Below, in pieces: positions 26,717 to 40,214 of a stretch of 64,000 nucleotides of DNA. The DNA is from the human T2T-CHM13v2.0 reference genome, Homo sapiens. Under the pieces are notes generated by a model, which saw only the letters and a program-made list of their open reading frames with translations, ran no database searches and was not told the DNA's origin. The stretch is from assembly GCF_009914755.1 (NCBI RefSeq), contig NC_060938.1; one strand, 5' to 3'. How positions within the stretch are numbered: the first letter of the stretch is position 1; each line of letters begins with the position of its first letter. The position numbers and the translations under genes are program-made.

Positions 26717-28426
26717 TAATTTTTTAATTTACAAATAATAATTGCATATATTTATGGGGTACATAGTGATATTTTGATACATATAATGAATAGTAATGTG
26801 ACCAGGGTAATTGCATATCCACCAACTCTAGCATTTATCATTTCTTTGGGAATATTCAATGTCCTGTTTGAAACTATATAATATATTTGATAGCTATTTG
26901 AAACTATATAACATATTATTGTTAACTATAGTCATTCTACAATGGTATAGACCAGTAGAACTTATTCCTCTATTGACCCAAATTTTGTATCCTTTAACAA
27001 ATCCCTCCCTATAACCCCATTTCCCTGCATTTTCCAGCTCTGCCCAAAGCAGTCTACAGATTCAATGCAATCTCTTTAAAAATAACAATGACATTCTTCA
27101 CACACACACACCTAAAAATTTGTTGAAACCACAAAAGACCCCAAAGATCCAGAACAATCTTGAACAGAAAAGAACAAAGCTGAAGGCATCAATCGTACTA
27201 CCAGACTTCAAAATATACCACAAAGCTGTAGTAACCAAAACAGTGTGATACTGGCATAAAAAGCAGACACATGGACCAATGAAAGAGACTAGAGAAGCCA
27301 GAAATTAATCCACATATCTGCAGCCAACTGATATTTGAAAAGGTACCAAGAATACTAATTGGAGAAAGGAAATCTCTCCAGGCAATGATGGTGGGAAAAC
27401 TGGGTATCCAGAAGAATGAAAGTAGACGTCTACCTCCCATGCTATGCAAAAATCAACTCAGAATGGATCAAAGACCTAAATGTAAGATTTGAAACTATAA
27501 AACTACTGTAATAAAACATAGGGGATTTCTGGACATTGGTCTGGGAAAATTTTTATGAATAACACCTCAAAAGCACAAACAATGAAAGCAAAAATAAACA
27601 ATTGGGACCCTATCAAACTACAAACCTTCTGCACAGCAAAGGAAACAACAGAGTAATAGGCAACTGACAGAATGGGAGAAAATATTTGCAAACTATTTAT
27701 CCAATAGGGGGTTACTATCCAGAATATACAAGAAACTCAAACACCTCAACAGCAAAAATCCAAACATTCCCCTGATTAAAAAATGGTCAAATAATGTGAA
27801 TAAACATTTCTCAGAAAAAGATACACAAATAGCCAAGAAATATATAAACGGCACAACATCCTAATCATCAAGGAAATGCAAGTCAAAACCACCATGAGTT
27901 AACATTTCACCCCAGTTAGGGTGGCCACTATGAAAAAGATAAAAAACAGCAAATGCTGGTGAGAATGCAGAGTAAGGGGAACTCATAGACTTCTGATGAT
28001 AATGTAAGCTAGTACAACTATGGAGAACAGAATGGAGGTTCTTCAAAAAAGTAAAAATATTAATAGAACTACTGTATGATTCAGCAATCTTACTTCTGGG
28101 TATTTATCCAAAGGAGAATAAATCAGTATATTGAAGAGATACCTGCAACCTCGTGTTTATTGCAGCACTATTCACAGTAGCCAAGATATGGGATCAACAT
28201 AGCTGTCCAAAAACAGATAAATGAATAAAGAAAATACGACTTATATACACCATAAAATATTATTCAGTCTTATTAAAGAATAAAATTCTGTCATTTGTGG
28301 CAACATAGATGGAACTGGAGGATGGTATGTTAAGTGAATTAAGCCAGGAATGGAAAGTTAAAATACCACATGTTCTCACTCATATATATAAGCTAAAATC
28401 AGTTGATCTCACTGCAGTAAAAAGTG
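26717..28426 (-). mobile_element. L1MA4/5-like element with 5' inversion (3'UTR on - strand 26717-27038; inverted ORF2/3'UTR on + strand 27039-28426)
   Basis: The two pieces have opposite orientation and appear contiguous in the L1 sequence (twin-priming geometry). Confidence 0.85.
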
Positions 28427-28611
28427 TAACAAATAAGTATTTTTGTTTGAGTAATATTTCAAATATTTTTCTAATTACATGTGTTCATTTTATAAAGATG
28501 AATAATGGTAGTAAATTTAATAAAGAAAATAAAAATTATCCATAAATCAACACAGAAATAACTACTAACTGTAATCATGACTGTTGAGCTCACTGTAAAA
28601 ATAAAATTTCT

Positions 28612-28625
28612 ATACACACACACAG

Positions 28626-28656
<31 letters not shown>

Positions 28657-28666
28657 CACACACACA
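28612..28666. repeat. (CA)n/(TA)n microsatellite
   Basis: Read directly. Confidence 0.9.
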
Positions 28667-30157
28667 ATACTTTGAGGCCATGTGTATAGAAGGTACTCAT
28701 AAACCAGTGAAATAATGTATGTTTTACTTCACCTCTGTAATCTTGGTTTTTCTTTGTGAGAGAGATATTTATTGAAAGTGTGTCATATTCTTCTTGGAAA
28801 TAATATAGCAAATCTCTAATTTTACTGTAGAATTTTCTGATTATTCTAAAAATACAATATTCTCATATGTTTGGGAAGGTGATACAAAACTATACCTAAA
28901 CATCATGTAAAAATGCTTTAAAAAGGGAATAAGCATTGTGTTTCTGAAGAAATGAGTAGTGAATCTTGTTCAGTGTCCAGCTACCACCTCTGAATCACTA
29001 TCCCTTATCCTGTAATTAGATCTGTGAAAACAGGGAAAAGTACACTAAAAATAAGTAAATAAATAAGTTGTGTCAGTTGTATGTTTCACACAGCAATTTA
29101 TTTGGTTACTTATTATTTTTGCTTGTTTGGTTGGCTTGGTAATTAAAAATGGCAACCTATATGCAGATTTTCTGAATAAGTATTTGTAATACTTATGAAA
29201 AATCTACCTGGAAAAGCAGTGGCTGCATGAATTGTTAATCATGAGTTCTTTGGACAGAGGCATTTCTTTTTCTGTCATGATCAGAATGACTTATGAGTTT
29301 CTGCATAGTGTAGGCTCAAGGAGAAGGTATGTGCCTCATCAGTGTGACTGAGTTATGGCAGGAACCATTTAGAAAGCAATGCTACTGCAGATGTAGGAAG
29401 TGCTTAAGTGATGTATGGTGATGTATGTGTATAATCGTTGTATCTCTAATGACTTCTCTCTTCTGGCAAAAGTTAGTGTTTATATCATTTTTTGATTTTA
29501 TGCTCAGACATTCATGTCTTTTCTTACTATGCAAACTGATAGATTTTGCTTTTTAAAAGAATAAAGTGCATTCAAAAAAATCTACTTTCAATTTTGCTGT
29601 GTGTGGTTTAAGTTACCAAGTATTGTTTGTATTACTGAATGTTCAGCACTATTGCAGTTATATATTAAAATGATTTACCTAAGTGTGTTGCAGTTAAACC
29701 CTGTTAAAATGGCATTTTGTGGAGAGTACTGTACGCCTCTGATACTTAATTCAGTTTTAACAGTGTAATGGGAGAACATTGTTTATGCTATAGAATGATT
29801 CACTCAGGACATTAAAGTGCAATGAGAAAATTGTTACCTCTAGTAAAATTTATGACAATGTGGTATCTAGAAATGCTTGATAAACCCCAAAGAGAATTAT
29901 TTCTTAGTTGGTAGATAACTATAGTATATACTTGTAAATTTTTCAAAAGTAAATTCACAAGTAACTAAAATCACAGGATCTTTATGAAATTACATTTGCA
30001 TATAATGAAATGAACAACAATAGAGATACTTGTTTGGTCCTAAATTAATCATCGTCATTTATAGATAATATAACTAGAAATAGTTATTGATAGTTTTTGA
30101 TAGTAGGTTAGAATAATTTTATATCACTCCTAATTTTTACTTTCTTTTTCTTGTAAG

Positions 30158-30223
30158 GATATTCCACTATAAAGGTAAAACTTATAAAAACAGAAAACCT
30201 AAAAAGGAGAAATCAGAAAGAAG
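30158..30223 (+). other. Candidate 66-nt exon (phase 2-2, IFHYKGKTYKNRKPKKEKSER)
   Basis: Branch-like cctaat, long pyrimidine tract ttttactttctttttcttgtaag|, purine-rich body, donor aag|gtaaag. Confidence 0.4.
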
Positions 30224-30236
30224 GTAAAGCATGCTA

Positions 30237-33200
30237 TTTTTTAAATTTGTAATGTTTAATATTTGTGAGTACATAGAAGGTATATATATTTATGGATTAC
30301 ATGAGCTATTTTGATACAGGCATGCAATGCATAAAAATGACAATAGAGTAAATGAGATATTTATCACCCTGAACATTTATATTTTGTGTTACAAACAATT
30401 GAATTATACTCTTACATTATTTAAAAATGTACAGTTAAATTATTGTTGACTACAGTCACGGTCTTATTCATCCCATTGTAATCCCATTTACAATAGTTAC
30501 AAATAAAACTAAAAATCTAGGAATTAACATATTCAAAGAAGTAAGATATCTCTAAAATGGTTGTGAGGCTTGCTGGAACTCAAGTTCCAACCACTGGGAT
30601 GGGCCATTTCTCTCTGGATAGGGCCCATTTAAATGCTCCTTCCATGGGTAAACATGCCCTTTATTTCTTTCTCTTGTCTGATTGCTCTAGCTGGGACTTC
30701 CAGTACTGTGTTCAATAACAGTGGTGAAAGTGAGTATCCCTGCCTTGTTCCAGGTCTTAGAGGAAAAGCTTTCCATTTTTTCCCCATTCAGTATGATACT
30801 AGCCATGGGTCTGTTGTATACAGCTTTTTGTGTGTTGAGGTATGTTCCATGTATACCCAGTTTTTGAGGGTTTTTATCATGAAGACATGTTGAATTTTAT
30901 AAAGTTCTTTTTCACCATCAATGGAAATGACCATATCGATTTTATCCTTTATTCTATTGATATGATGTATCACATTGATTGATTTGCATATGTTGAGCCA
31001 TCCTTGAATCCCTGTAATAAATTTCAATTGATCATGATGATGATCTTTTTAAATGTATTGCTGAATTAGGTTTGCTAGTATTTTGTTGAGGACTTTTGAA
31101 TTAATATTCATTAGAAATATTGGCCTGTAGTTTTCTTTTTCTAATGTATCTTTTTCTGGCATTGGTATCAGGCTAAGACTGGCCTTGTAGAAGTTTTTTC
31201 TCTTCCTCTATATTTTTGCAATAGTTAGAGTAGCACTGGTATTAATTCTTCCTTAGATGTTTGGTAGAATTCAACAGTGAAGCCATCAGGACCAGGGCTT
31301 TTCTTTGCTTGGATACTCTTTATTACAGTTTTAGTCTTATCACTTGTTATTAATCTGTTCAGATTTTGGATTTGTTCACGGTTCAGTCTTGGTAGGTTGT
31401 ATGTGTCTAGGAATTTATTCATTACTTCTTGATCTTCCAATTTATTGGCATGTATTTGCCCATTGTAGCATGTAATGATCCTTTGAATTTCAGTGATATC
31501 AGTTGTGATATCTGCTTTTTCATCTCTGATTTTATTTATTTGGGTCTTCTCCCCTTTTTTCTGTTAGTCTGGCTAAAAGTTTGTCAATTTTTTTATCTTT
31601 TCAAAAAATCTACATTTTGTTTTAATGATCTTTTGTATTATTTTATTCATTTCAATTTTATTTATTTCTGCTCTGATGTCTGTTATTTATTTTCTTCTCC
31701 AAATTTTGGGCTTGGTCTGCTCTTGTTTTTCTAGTTCTTTTAGATGCATCATTATATTATTTCATTTATGTTTTTCTTCTTTTTTGGTTTAGGCATTTAA
31801 AGCTATACATTTCCCTCTTAGTACTGCTTTCACTCTATCCTAGAGATTTTAGTATGTTGTGTTTCCATTATCATTTATTTCAAGAAAGTTTTTAATTTTC
31901 TTTTTAATTTCTTTATTGACTCACTGATCATTCAGGAGCACATTATTTAATTTTCATGTGTTTTTATAGTTTCTAACATTTCTTTTATTATTGATTTCTA
32001 GTTTTATTCCACTGTGGTCAGAGAAGATTCTTGATATTATTTCAATTGTTTTGAATGTTTTAAGACTCATCTTGTGACCTAGCACATGGTTTATTTTTTA
32101 GAATAATACATTTGCTTAAGAGAAGAATGTGTACTCTACAGTCATTGGATAAAAAAAAAATTCTGTATATAGCGATTAGGTTCATTTGTTCCATAGTGCA
32201 GATTAAGTCAGATGTTTCTTTTTTGATTTTCTGTCTGGAAGATCTGAAAAATCCTGAAGGTGGGATGTTGAAATTTACAGCTATTACTCTATTGTTGTCT
32301 ACCTCTTTCTTTAGTTATAGTAATATTTGCTTTATATACCTGGAGACTCCATTATTGGGTGTGTGTATATTTACAATTGTAGTATTCCCTTGATGAATTC
32401 ACCTTTTTATCATTATATAGTGCCCTTCTTTGTCTCTTCTTGTAGTTTTTGTCTTGAAATCTATTTTGTTTGATATAAATATAGCTACTCCCCATCTTTT
32501 TTGGTTTTCATTGGCATAGAATTTTTTTTATCTTTTTATTTTCAGTCGCATGTATCTTTATAGGTGAAGTATATTTCTTGCACCTTCACAATGCAATGTT
32601 GCACATTGATGCAACAGATCATTGCGTCTTTGTTTTTTTCCATTTATTCAGCTACACTATGTCTTTTGATTGGAGCGTTTATTCTATTTACCTTCAATGT
32701 TGTTATTGATTGGTAGGGACTTACTCCTTCCATTTTGTTATTTGTTTTCTGGTTGTTATGTGGTTGTCTTCTTTCCTCCTTTCCTATCTCCCTTTTAGTG
32801 AAGGTGATTTTCTCTGGTGATATGCTTTAATTTATTACTTTTTATTCTTTGTGTATTCATTGTATGTTTTTTGATTTGATGTTACCAAGAAGCTTGCAAA
32901 TACTGTCTCATAATCCATTATTTTAAACTGATAACAACTTAACACTGATTGCACACAGAAACAAGCAGCAAAAAGAAAACTATATAAAAACTCTAACCCT
33001 TAACCTCATCACCCCACTTTCAAACTTTTTATTGTTTTTATTATATCTTGTTATACTGTCTGTGTCTTGAAAAGTTGTAGTTACTGTTTTTGATTGGCTT
33101 ATCATTTACTCTTTCTACTTAAAGTAAGAGTAGTTTACACAACACAGTTACAGTGTTATAATATTCTGTGTTTTTCTGGGTACTTACTATTACCAGTGAG

Positions 33201-35200
33201 TTTTGTACCTTCAGATGATTTCTTATTGCTCATTAATGTCCTTTTCTTTCTAATTAAAGTATGCTCTTTAGCATATCTTGTAGGACAGACCTGATGTTTG
33301 ATAAGGTCATGTTTTCCTGGTTAGTGGTGGTACTTGTAGATGTTCTTCAGTGTCTGGGCAATGAAGAGTTAGGTATTTATTTTAGTCTTCACAGTCTGGG
33401 CTTGTTGGACATCTTTGGGAAGGTTTCCCAGGTATTCAAAAGGACTGGAGTATTGTAATCTAAGCCATGTCTACACTAGGGGGCACCTGAATCCCAGTAA
33501 CAGTGAGTTTCTTGCAGATTTGTAGAGTTACCACTTTAGTGGTCTTACATGAGATCTGAAAAAATTATCCAGATTACCAGGCAGAGACTTTTTTTTTCCC
33601 TTACTTGCTTCCAAACTCATGGACTGTCTGTCTTTGCTGAGCTGTCTGGAGTTGGGAGGGCATGACAGCAAACACCCCGGTGGCCACCACCATTACGACT
33701 GTTCTTTGTCAGACCTGAAGCCAGCACAGCATTGGGTCTCTCTTGCCAAGGCCCACTGTAACTACTACCCAGCTACCACCTATGTTCTCTTGAGGCCCTG
33801 AGGCTCTACAGTCAGCTTATGGTGAAGCCAGTCAGGCTTGTGTTCTTTTCTTCAAGAGAGCAAGTTCCCTGAGGCTCTGGGCTGGTTTAGAGATTTCATA
33901 TAGAAGCCACAGGCTGGAGTCAAATTCTTAGAAGTCTACCTGGGGTTCTATTGTACTGTGATTGAGTTGGCACTCAAACTATGAGACTTAGTCCTTCCCA
34001 CTGTTTCCTCTCCTTTCCACAGGCAGAGGATATCACTCTGTGGCCACCACCACCAAAGGCCCATGGGGCGTACTGCCAGGCTACCACTGACATTCATTTC
34101 AGGCCCAGTGGCTCTTTAGTCAGATTGTGGTGAATGCTATTAGGCCTGGGACTCACCCTTCAGGGCAGTGAACTCCCCTTTGGCCCAGGCCTGGTCCAGA
34201 AATGCTATCCAAGAACCAAGGCCTAGAATTGAGGAACCCAAGAGTCCACTTGGTACTCTACCCACCTGTTGCTGAGCTGGATTCTAAGGTACAATACAAA
34301 GTCCCTTTTATTTTTACCTCTGCTTTTCTCGAACCAAAGGAGTCTCTCACCATAGCAACAAAATCTGGGAATGTGTTGGGTCTCACTCGACGTCAGCATG
34401 ACTCAGAATCTCACCAAAGGACCATGGCATACTACCTAGGTATCATTGCTGATTATTCAGGGCCAAAGGGCTCTTTATTAAGCAAGTGATGGATCCTGCC
34501 CAGACTGGGTCCTTCCTTTCAAGGCAGCAGATTTCCTTTTAGTCTAAGGTGTGTCTAGAAATGTCATCCCAGAGCTAGGGCCTGGAACACAGGACACATG
34601 ACTTTGATCAGTGCTCTATCCTACTGTGGCTAAGCTGGTTTCCAAGATGAAAGACAAAGTCCTCTTTTCTTTCCCCCTTCCTCTTCTCAAGCAGAGGGAA
34701 GGTGCCTCTTTTGGAGCCATGATCTGTGCTGCCTGAGGCTTGGGGAGGGGTGGGACAAGCACTCTCTTACCCTGGCTGGTGTCTCAGTAAGTTGCATGCC
34801 CCCCGGTTTCACTGGTTCTGAGCCCAGCTCAGCACTCAGACTTGCATAGGAGTTGCAGTCCTTGTGGCCTAGACTGCCTTTCAAATATATATAGGGTCCC
34901 AGAGCACGTTAGCCCATGGTTGTGAGGCCTGCTAGAACTCAAGTTCCAACTGCTGGGATGGGCCATTTCTCTCTGGATAGGGCCCATTTAAATGCTCCTT
35001 CCATGGGTAAACATTGGCTGAGTTTACCCCAGTTTTGTCTTCTGCTGTGACAGGGAAGAACTGAGTTCAATGCAAAGTCTCACAATCGCTGCACTCACCC
35101 TCTCCAAATCACATAAATTTTCTCTCCACACCCAGAGACTGCTGCCAGAGAATTAGGGAGGGTGGCTTCAACGATTTAAGACTGTCTTTCTTACACTCTT
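30237..35200 (-). mobile_element. Rearranged L1MA2-like LINE (3'UTR, complex junction, ORF2 5' half, ORF1 largely deleted, 5'UTR)
   Basis: 3'UTR at 30237-30470; ORF2 remnants (31225-31440 ...[13 protein letters not shown]...KKSPGPDGFT); jump at ~33297 into 5'UTR-type sequence similar to 16320-17580. Confidence 0.9.
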
Positions 35201-36269
35201 AAGAGAAGATTGAACAGCAGGGAAAAACAAATTTAAAAATCTAGAAAGTTTATGTGATACATATAGATATGATGAAAAAAATGACTACTAAGTATGAAAT
35301 TTGAAACAAAATGCTATATTGGTTAGGACATTTATAAAACCAATAAAACATAAGGAAAAGATGCATGAACCTCATGTGAATCTTTTAACTGCAAAACCCA
35401 ATAATTTAAAATAAAGTTGTAATGCATGGGCTAATATCAGATTCATACAAGTTCATGGAGCCTCTTGGAACCATTTTTTATTAGCATGCCTAGCATTTTT
35501 TATAGAATTCCTGACATTGTATATTGAAATTGTAGAGGCCCTGAATGATGTTATATTCTTCATTCATTTAAAATGATTTGATTTTCTCCTGGCAGAGGGA
35601 AAGGTTACATGCAGATTACTCTGATCCAGTTGAGAGTTAGCTTTGGGCTTCCTTAGAGTTAGACTGTTTCTTGTTTGTTCTTCCTCCTGGGAATAATTTA
35701 CACCTAGGGCATGGCTATTCCAAGGTTGCAGTTGAAATTCCAGGGTTTTAAACAAAATCTCTCTGCTTCTTGAGTCATAGACTGACTTTTGTCACCCTAC
35801 TTCCATGAAACTGTCAAATCTCTGCTTAGGCCTTCAGCTTCCTGCATTTTGCTTTTTTTATTTATTTCTCTTTTTTTAGTATTTTGTTTATTGCATTGGA
35901 AGCTTAGGGTTTGACAAATACTTAGAGGAGGAGAAATTGAATAATTTCAGGTTCACATCTATGATTCTCTCTTCTTCAGGATTTGGCATTTCTGTTCCGG
36001 TTTTTGCTTCCAAAACCCAGTGAAACTCCCACAAGCACCTGGATGTCTAGACACTGGTATTCTCTTTACAGCACAAGAAATTTGCTGATATCCTGGAGGA
36101 AATGTGGCCAAACCTCAGTGTGCTTCTCTTTCCTGTTAGATGTTGGTCCCTCAAATTCTAAAGTTTATTGTTTCTTTTTTAATCCATGTTTTAGATTTAT
36201 ACTAGTTGGGGCTGTTAATCTGATACAAACTCTTCTGTTGAGACCAAAGAACCAGTGATTTTAACAAGG

Positions 36270-37320
36270 GGAATATATTCCATGTCCCTATACTGGCACC
36301 AGCAGGGGATAGACTTCTAAAACTGCTCAATCTCTGTGAAGGCCATTCTTCCCAAAACCCTGTTTAATTATAGTCTTTGAGTACAATATTTAAGGCAGAT
36401 ATTCTTAGTATGTAGAATAAGGGGTTGTCAGATTGTCAAACCTAGAAAATTTCTGCACTGAAAAGGAAGGAGATCCTTTGTACTTCTTTCAAGCAGAATT
36501 TATAATGGCTAGAGACCAAGAAGTGCTGTGCATTTGCCATTATCCTCCATTATTAATGGTAGTTTAGTTTTATTTTTCTTGTGCTCCGGCATCATTTTTC
36601 AAATATGTACAGAGGAGGTAACTTGTAATTTAGTTTGATATAATCAAACCACAAAGAATCATATCTAGACTTGATCAGAAAAATTAAACATCACCTAGAT
36701 ACCCTATACTTTGACCTGGGTATGAATTGGATAAAGCTTTTTAGTTATTTCCTTTGAGGAGGTGGGAAGTATGCCTCATGCATGGGAAGGTATCATGTAT
36801 GTACAAATGTAGTGTATGGATATTGGAGAGCCAAAATGTGAACTGCATGAGATACTTGCTTTTGGCCTACATTGTAAATAGTCTTACTTTGTTCCTTACT
36901 AATTAAACTCCAGCTTTGTTGTAAGCACCAAAACCTCTAAAAATGTATATTTTCCAACCATCCTTATAGACAGAAATAACCATGTGACTGAGTTCTACCA
37001 AATGACATATGAGAAAAAGTCATTGGACAGAGTTTCTAGGAAAGAATCTTAAAACCGAAGAAGAGTCAGCTAGTATAAGTTTGCTTCTTCCTTTTTTTCT
37101 TTTGCTCCTTTCCTTTCTTCCTGCTTTAAATACTAAGATGAGGGCCAGAGCTATAGCCTCTCTCTTTACTTTCTTCACATTTTGAAGGTAAAGCTAAGAT
37201 CTTAGTCTTGGGCTCTGATAGCCACGATCAGTCGATATAAATGTCAGCACACGCCTACCTTCTGACATTTTGTAATATGGGAAAATAAAACCCTGAGTTA
37301 TTTAAAGTTCTATACAATTA
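36270..37320 (+). mobile_element. Old MLT1 internal 3' end plus MLT1J-like LTR
   Basis: ccatgtgactgagttctaccaaatgacatatgagaaaaagtc...tttctaggaaag LTR motif preceded by MaLR-internal-like sequence. Confidence 0.45.
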
Positions 37321-38214
37321 ACTCTTTTCTTTATAGATAGCCTTTACAGTATCATATCTACAGTCTCATTTCTACATAAAGTAGAAAGCACGACATAATA
37401 GTCTCTTTTACTCATAGCACCATCAAATATGCACTTAATGAAATTGAATATTAATAAAATATATGCTTATTTCATTCATACACCAAAATTAGGGAAAAGA
37501 CAAAGTAGACTAGCTGTAATTTACACTTGTGGGATTGGGAACATGGTCCAGCATTTTTTCAAAACCATCTCTCTAATTGCTTAAATAATAGAGCCATTAG
37601 AATAAGAGTGGGCAATAGATCAAGACCAAGGGTTATTTAAAGTTGTGATTTCTTTGCAAGCTGTGTTCTAAATAGAAGGATGTATAACTGAAATTCCAAG
37701 CAATGCTAAGCCATTTACACTAAGTTGCTCTACAACTTCAATTGTTTGCTGAAGTTCCAATGCTACTTATAGGCCTGCAAAAAACCCAGACCGTTTTATA
37801 GATATTAAGAGTTGTTCAGGCTTATATGTAAATCCCTAGGTTTGTGTGTCCAACTTTCAGATGAGTATTGTCTTTACTACTTTTCCTCTAGGGTTTAATT
37901 TTGTGTGCTAATCACATAATTACTTTTTTCCTCAAGAACTTTTTACTAAATTGCACAGGAATATTTATATATTTTTTATGACAACGGCATGTAACAAATA
38001 GTATTTTTTTCTATGATTAAGCAATTTTGAAAATTCTGTCGTCACATAATTATTTTATCTAACGTCTATGAAAGCAAACAAATTTCTGAGAATGCAAGAA
38101 GTGTAGCAGAAATACAGAAAAAGAAGAGGAATGGAGTGGATAAAGGTAAAAAAAGAAAACAATGAAGAAGAGGAAAGACAAGGAGAAGAGGAAGAATGGT
38201 ACTATTTTTTCTGT

Positions 38215-38435
38215 ATTTAGTTTTTATCAGGTACTGGAATAATGTCACTGTGTTTATAAAAACATTTAATCTCCTCAACAACTCTGTGTAATAGGTCCTA
38301 ATTATGATAACCATTTTAACATGAGAAGAATCCATATTTAGTGAGTTAAAGAGATTTCCTCATGATGATACAGGTAGTATAGAATAGAAGAGGGGCTTAA
38401 TTCAAGATGCCTGTCTTAGGAACCAATGCACTTAG
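38215..38435 (-). mobile_element. MIR
   Basis: catttaatctcctcaacaactctg...ccattttaacatgagaagaa...gagttaaagagatttcctcatga MIR core. Confidence 0.75.
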
Positions 38436-40214
38436 TAAAATATAAATCGTGTTGTCTCAGGCCTTTTCTTGCTACCTAAGGCCAAGAGGTAGAAGAGTAC
38501 TGTGAGAGATACATAGAAATGATTTCCCTCTTCCACAGTTCTTCAATTCATTCTCTTACTGACTTTCTAGGAATTAATCCACTATTGCCTGTAAACCTTA
38601 CTGTCTGAAGTTTTACTGGGATTTTCCACCCAAAAGATATGGAAATTAAGAGAATAATTTCAAGACCCTTCTTATTTGAAATGTGCCTATAAGCCCCCAG
38701 ATTAAATTCCTCGATGACTAGAGGATACCTTTCCTCCAACTAATTTGTGAGCACTTTGTGTTTCTGAAATAAGTATAACAGGTCACAAATTCGATGTACA
38801 GCATGCTCCTTTAGTGAATCTGATGCTTCTTCAAAATGTCTACTTCTAAGGTAAAATGAATTCTTAGATTTGGAAAGGAAGATAATTTAGTATCACTCTT
38901 GGCCATCTGTAAATCACATCCTTAGTTATAACTACCTGCTTCACACCCTGTCCAATTCTACAACTCACTGCTTCCACTTATGTTAGCAACCTACACAGAT
39001 ATATGTCCAAAGATCTAACAGGGAATTCTGGCGCTCTGTGTTACCCTATTGCCATTCACTGCTACTTTCCCTTCTCCACTGGTAAATGGCCAGGTGCCTC
39101 CAGACTGTGTGGAGGCTGAGGTTACTGCTGTCTGGCAATGACTCCTATAGTTGCACCCACACAATGAGTTACACCTGCAAGAGCAGATGTGGTAGAGAGA
39201 AAGTGGGAGGTCTCTGTATTTGGTTTCTTCCTGACAACCAAGAAGCTAAATAGATGATTGTTGGATAAATGGTGATTTACAACTTTGACAGCTCTCTGCC
39301 AGATTAAGGGAGGAAAATCTATTATATTCTCTAATTCTAGGCCTTAACATTAGGAAACTCAACATATTTCTTTTTGATCAAGAATATTATGATACATAAG
39401 AATGCCATTAGCAGATCCATTCCACTTTTTGCCTTTAACACTAACCTATAAAGGAATTTTATATAAGCAATATGCTGGCCAGACTACCTTTTGCAATGCA
39501 CTTTACACAAAATTCAAGAATTTTCGGTCAAAAAAAGTTCTTATGTTCGTCTACCACCTAGCAGAAGAACCGAACAACATTTGAAAATATACACACACAT
39601 TCCAGAGTATGCTATCAGTTAAGAGATGTTATTCTCTTTTCACACTCAGAAGAGTTGGTCGTGAAAATCTAGTTAGTAGCATAGATTTTATTATTTACAC
39701 AAATATTTACTGCTTGAGAGTTATGATCACCTCACACACGTAGTCTAAAAACTCCTATGATCAAAGGCACACATGACTGATCAAATAATCTACATAATCC
39801 CCAATTACAGGTAAAATCAAGCCTTTACCAATGTGATGAAGTTGTGTTTGAAATGGTACATGCTTTGTTGCTGGTAGAGAGGCATCTGCTTTTGGTGATT
39901 GTTTTCACATAATGCCAGGAAGGCCATATGTCCATCGAGGCAACTTGCTTGACATCATGACCTGAATATCCTAGAATTTTCACAATACCTTTTAGAAGGG
40001 AGTGGAAAGGTTTAAAAGCCTATACTAAGATTTTTCTATACACAGTTTCCTAAACAGACTTATCAACAACCAATATATGCTAATCAAGATTTTACCATAA
40101 GTGTCATTACAGATAAACACTGTAGACTATCTGACAAAAAAAAAAAGAAATACAAACCTGACTTTACTAGGAATATTACGATAAAAAAAAAAAAAAGACT
40201 GTGCAGACCCACTA

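Noticed and set aside
40136-40196. Two adjacent poly(A) runs suggesting a retrocopy tail
   Set aside because: No TSD, ORF or recognisable parent mRNA upstream
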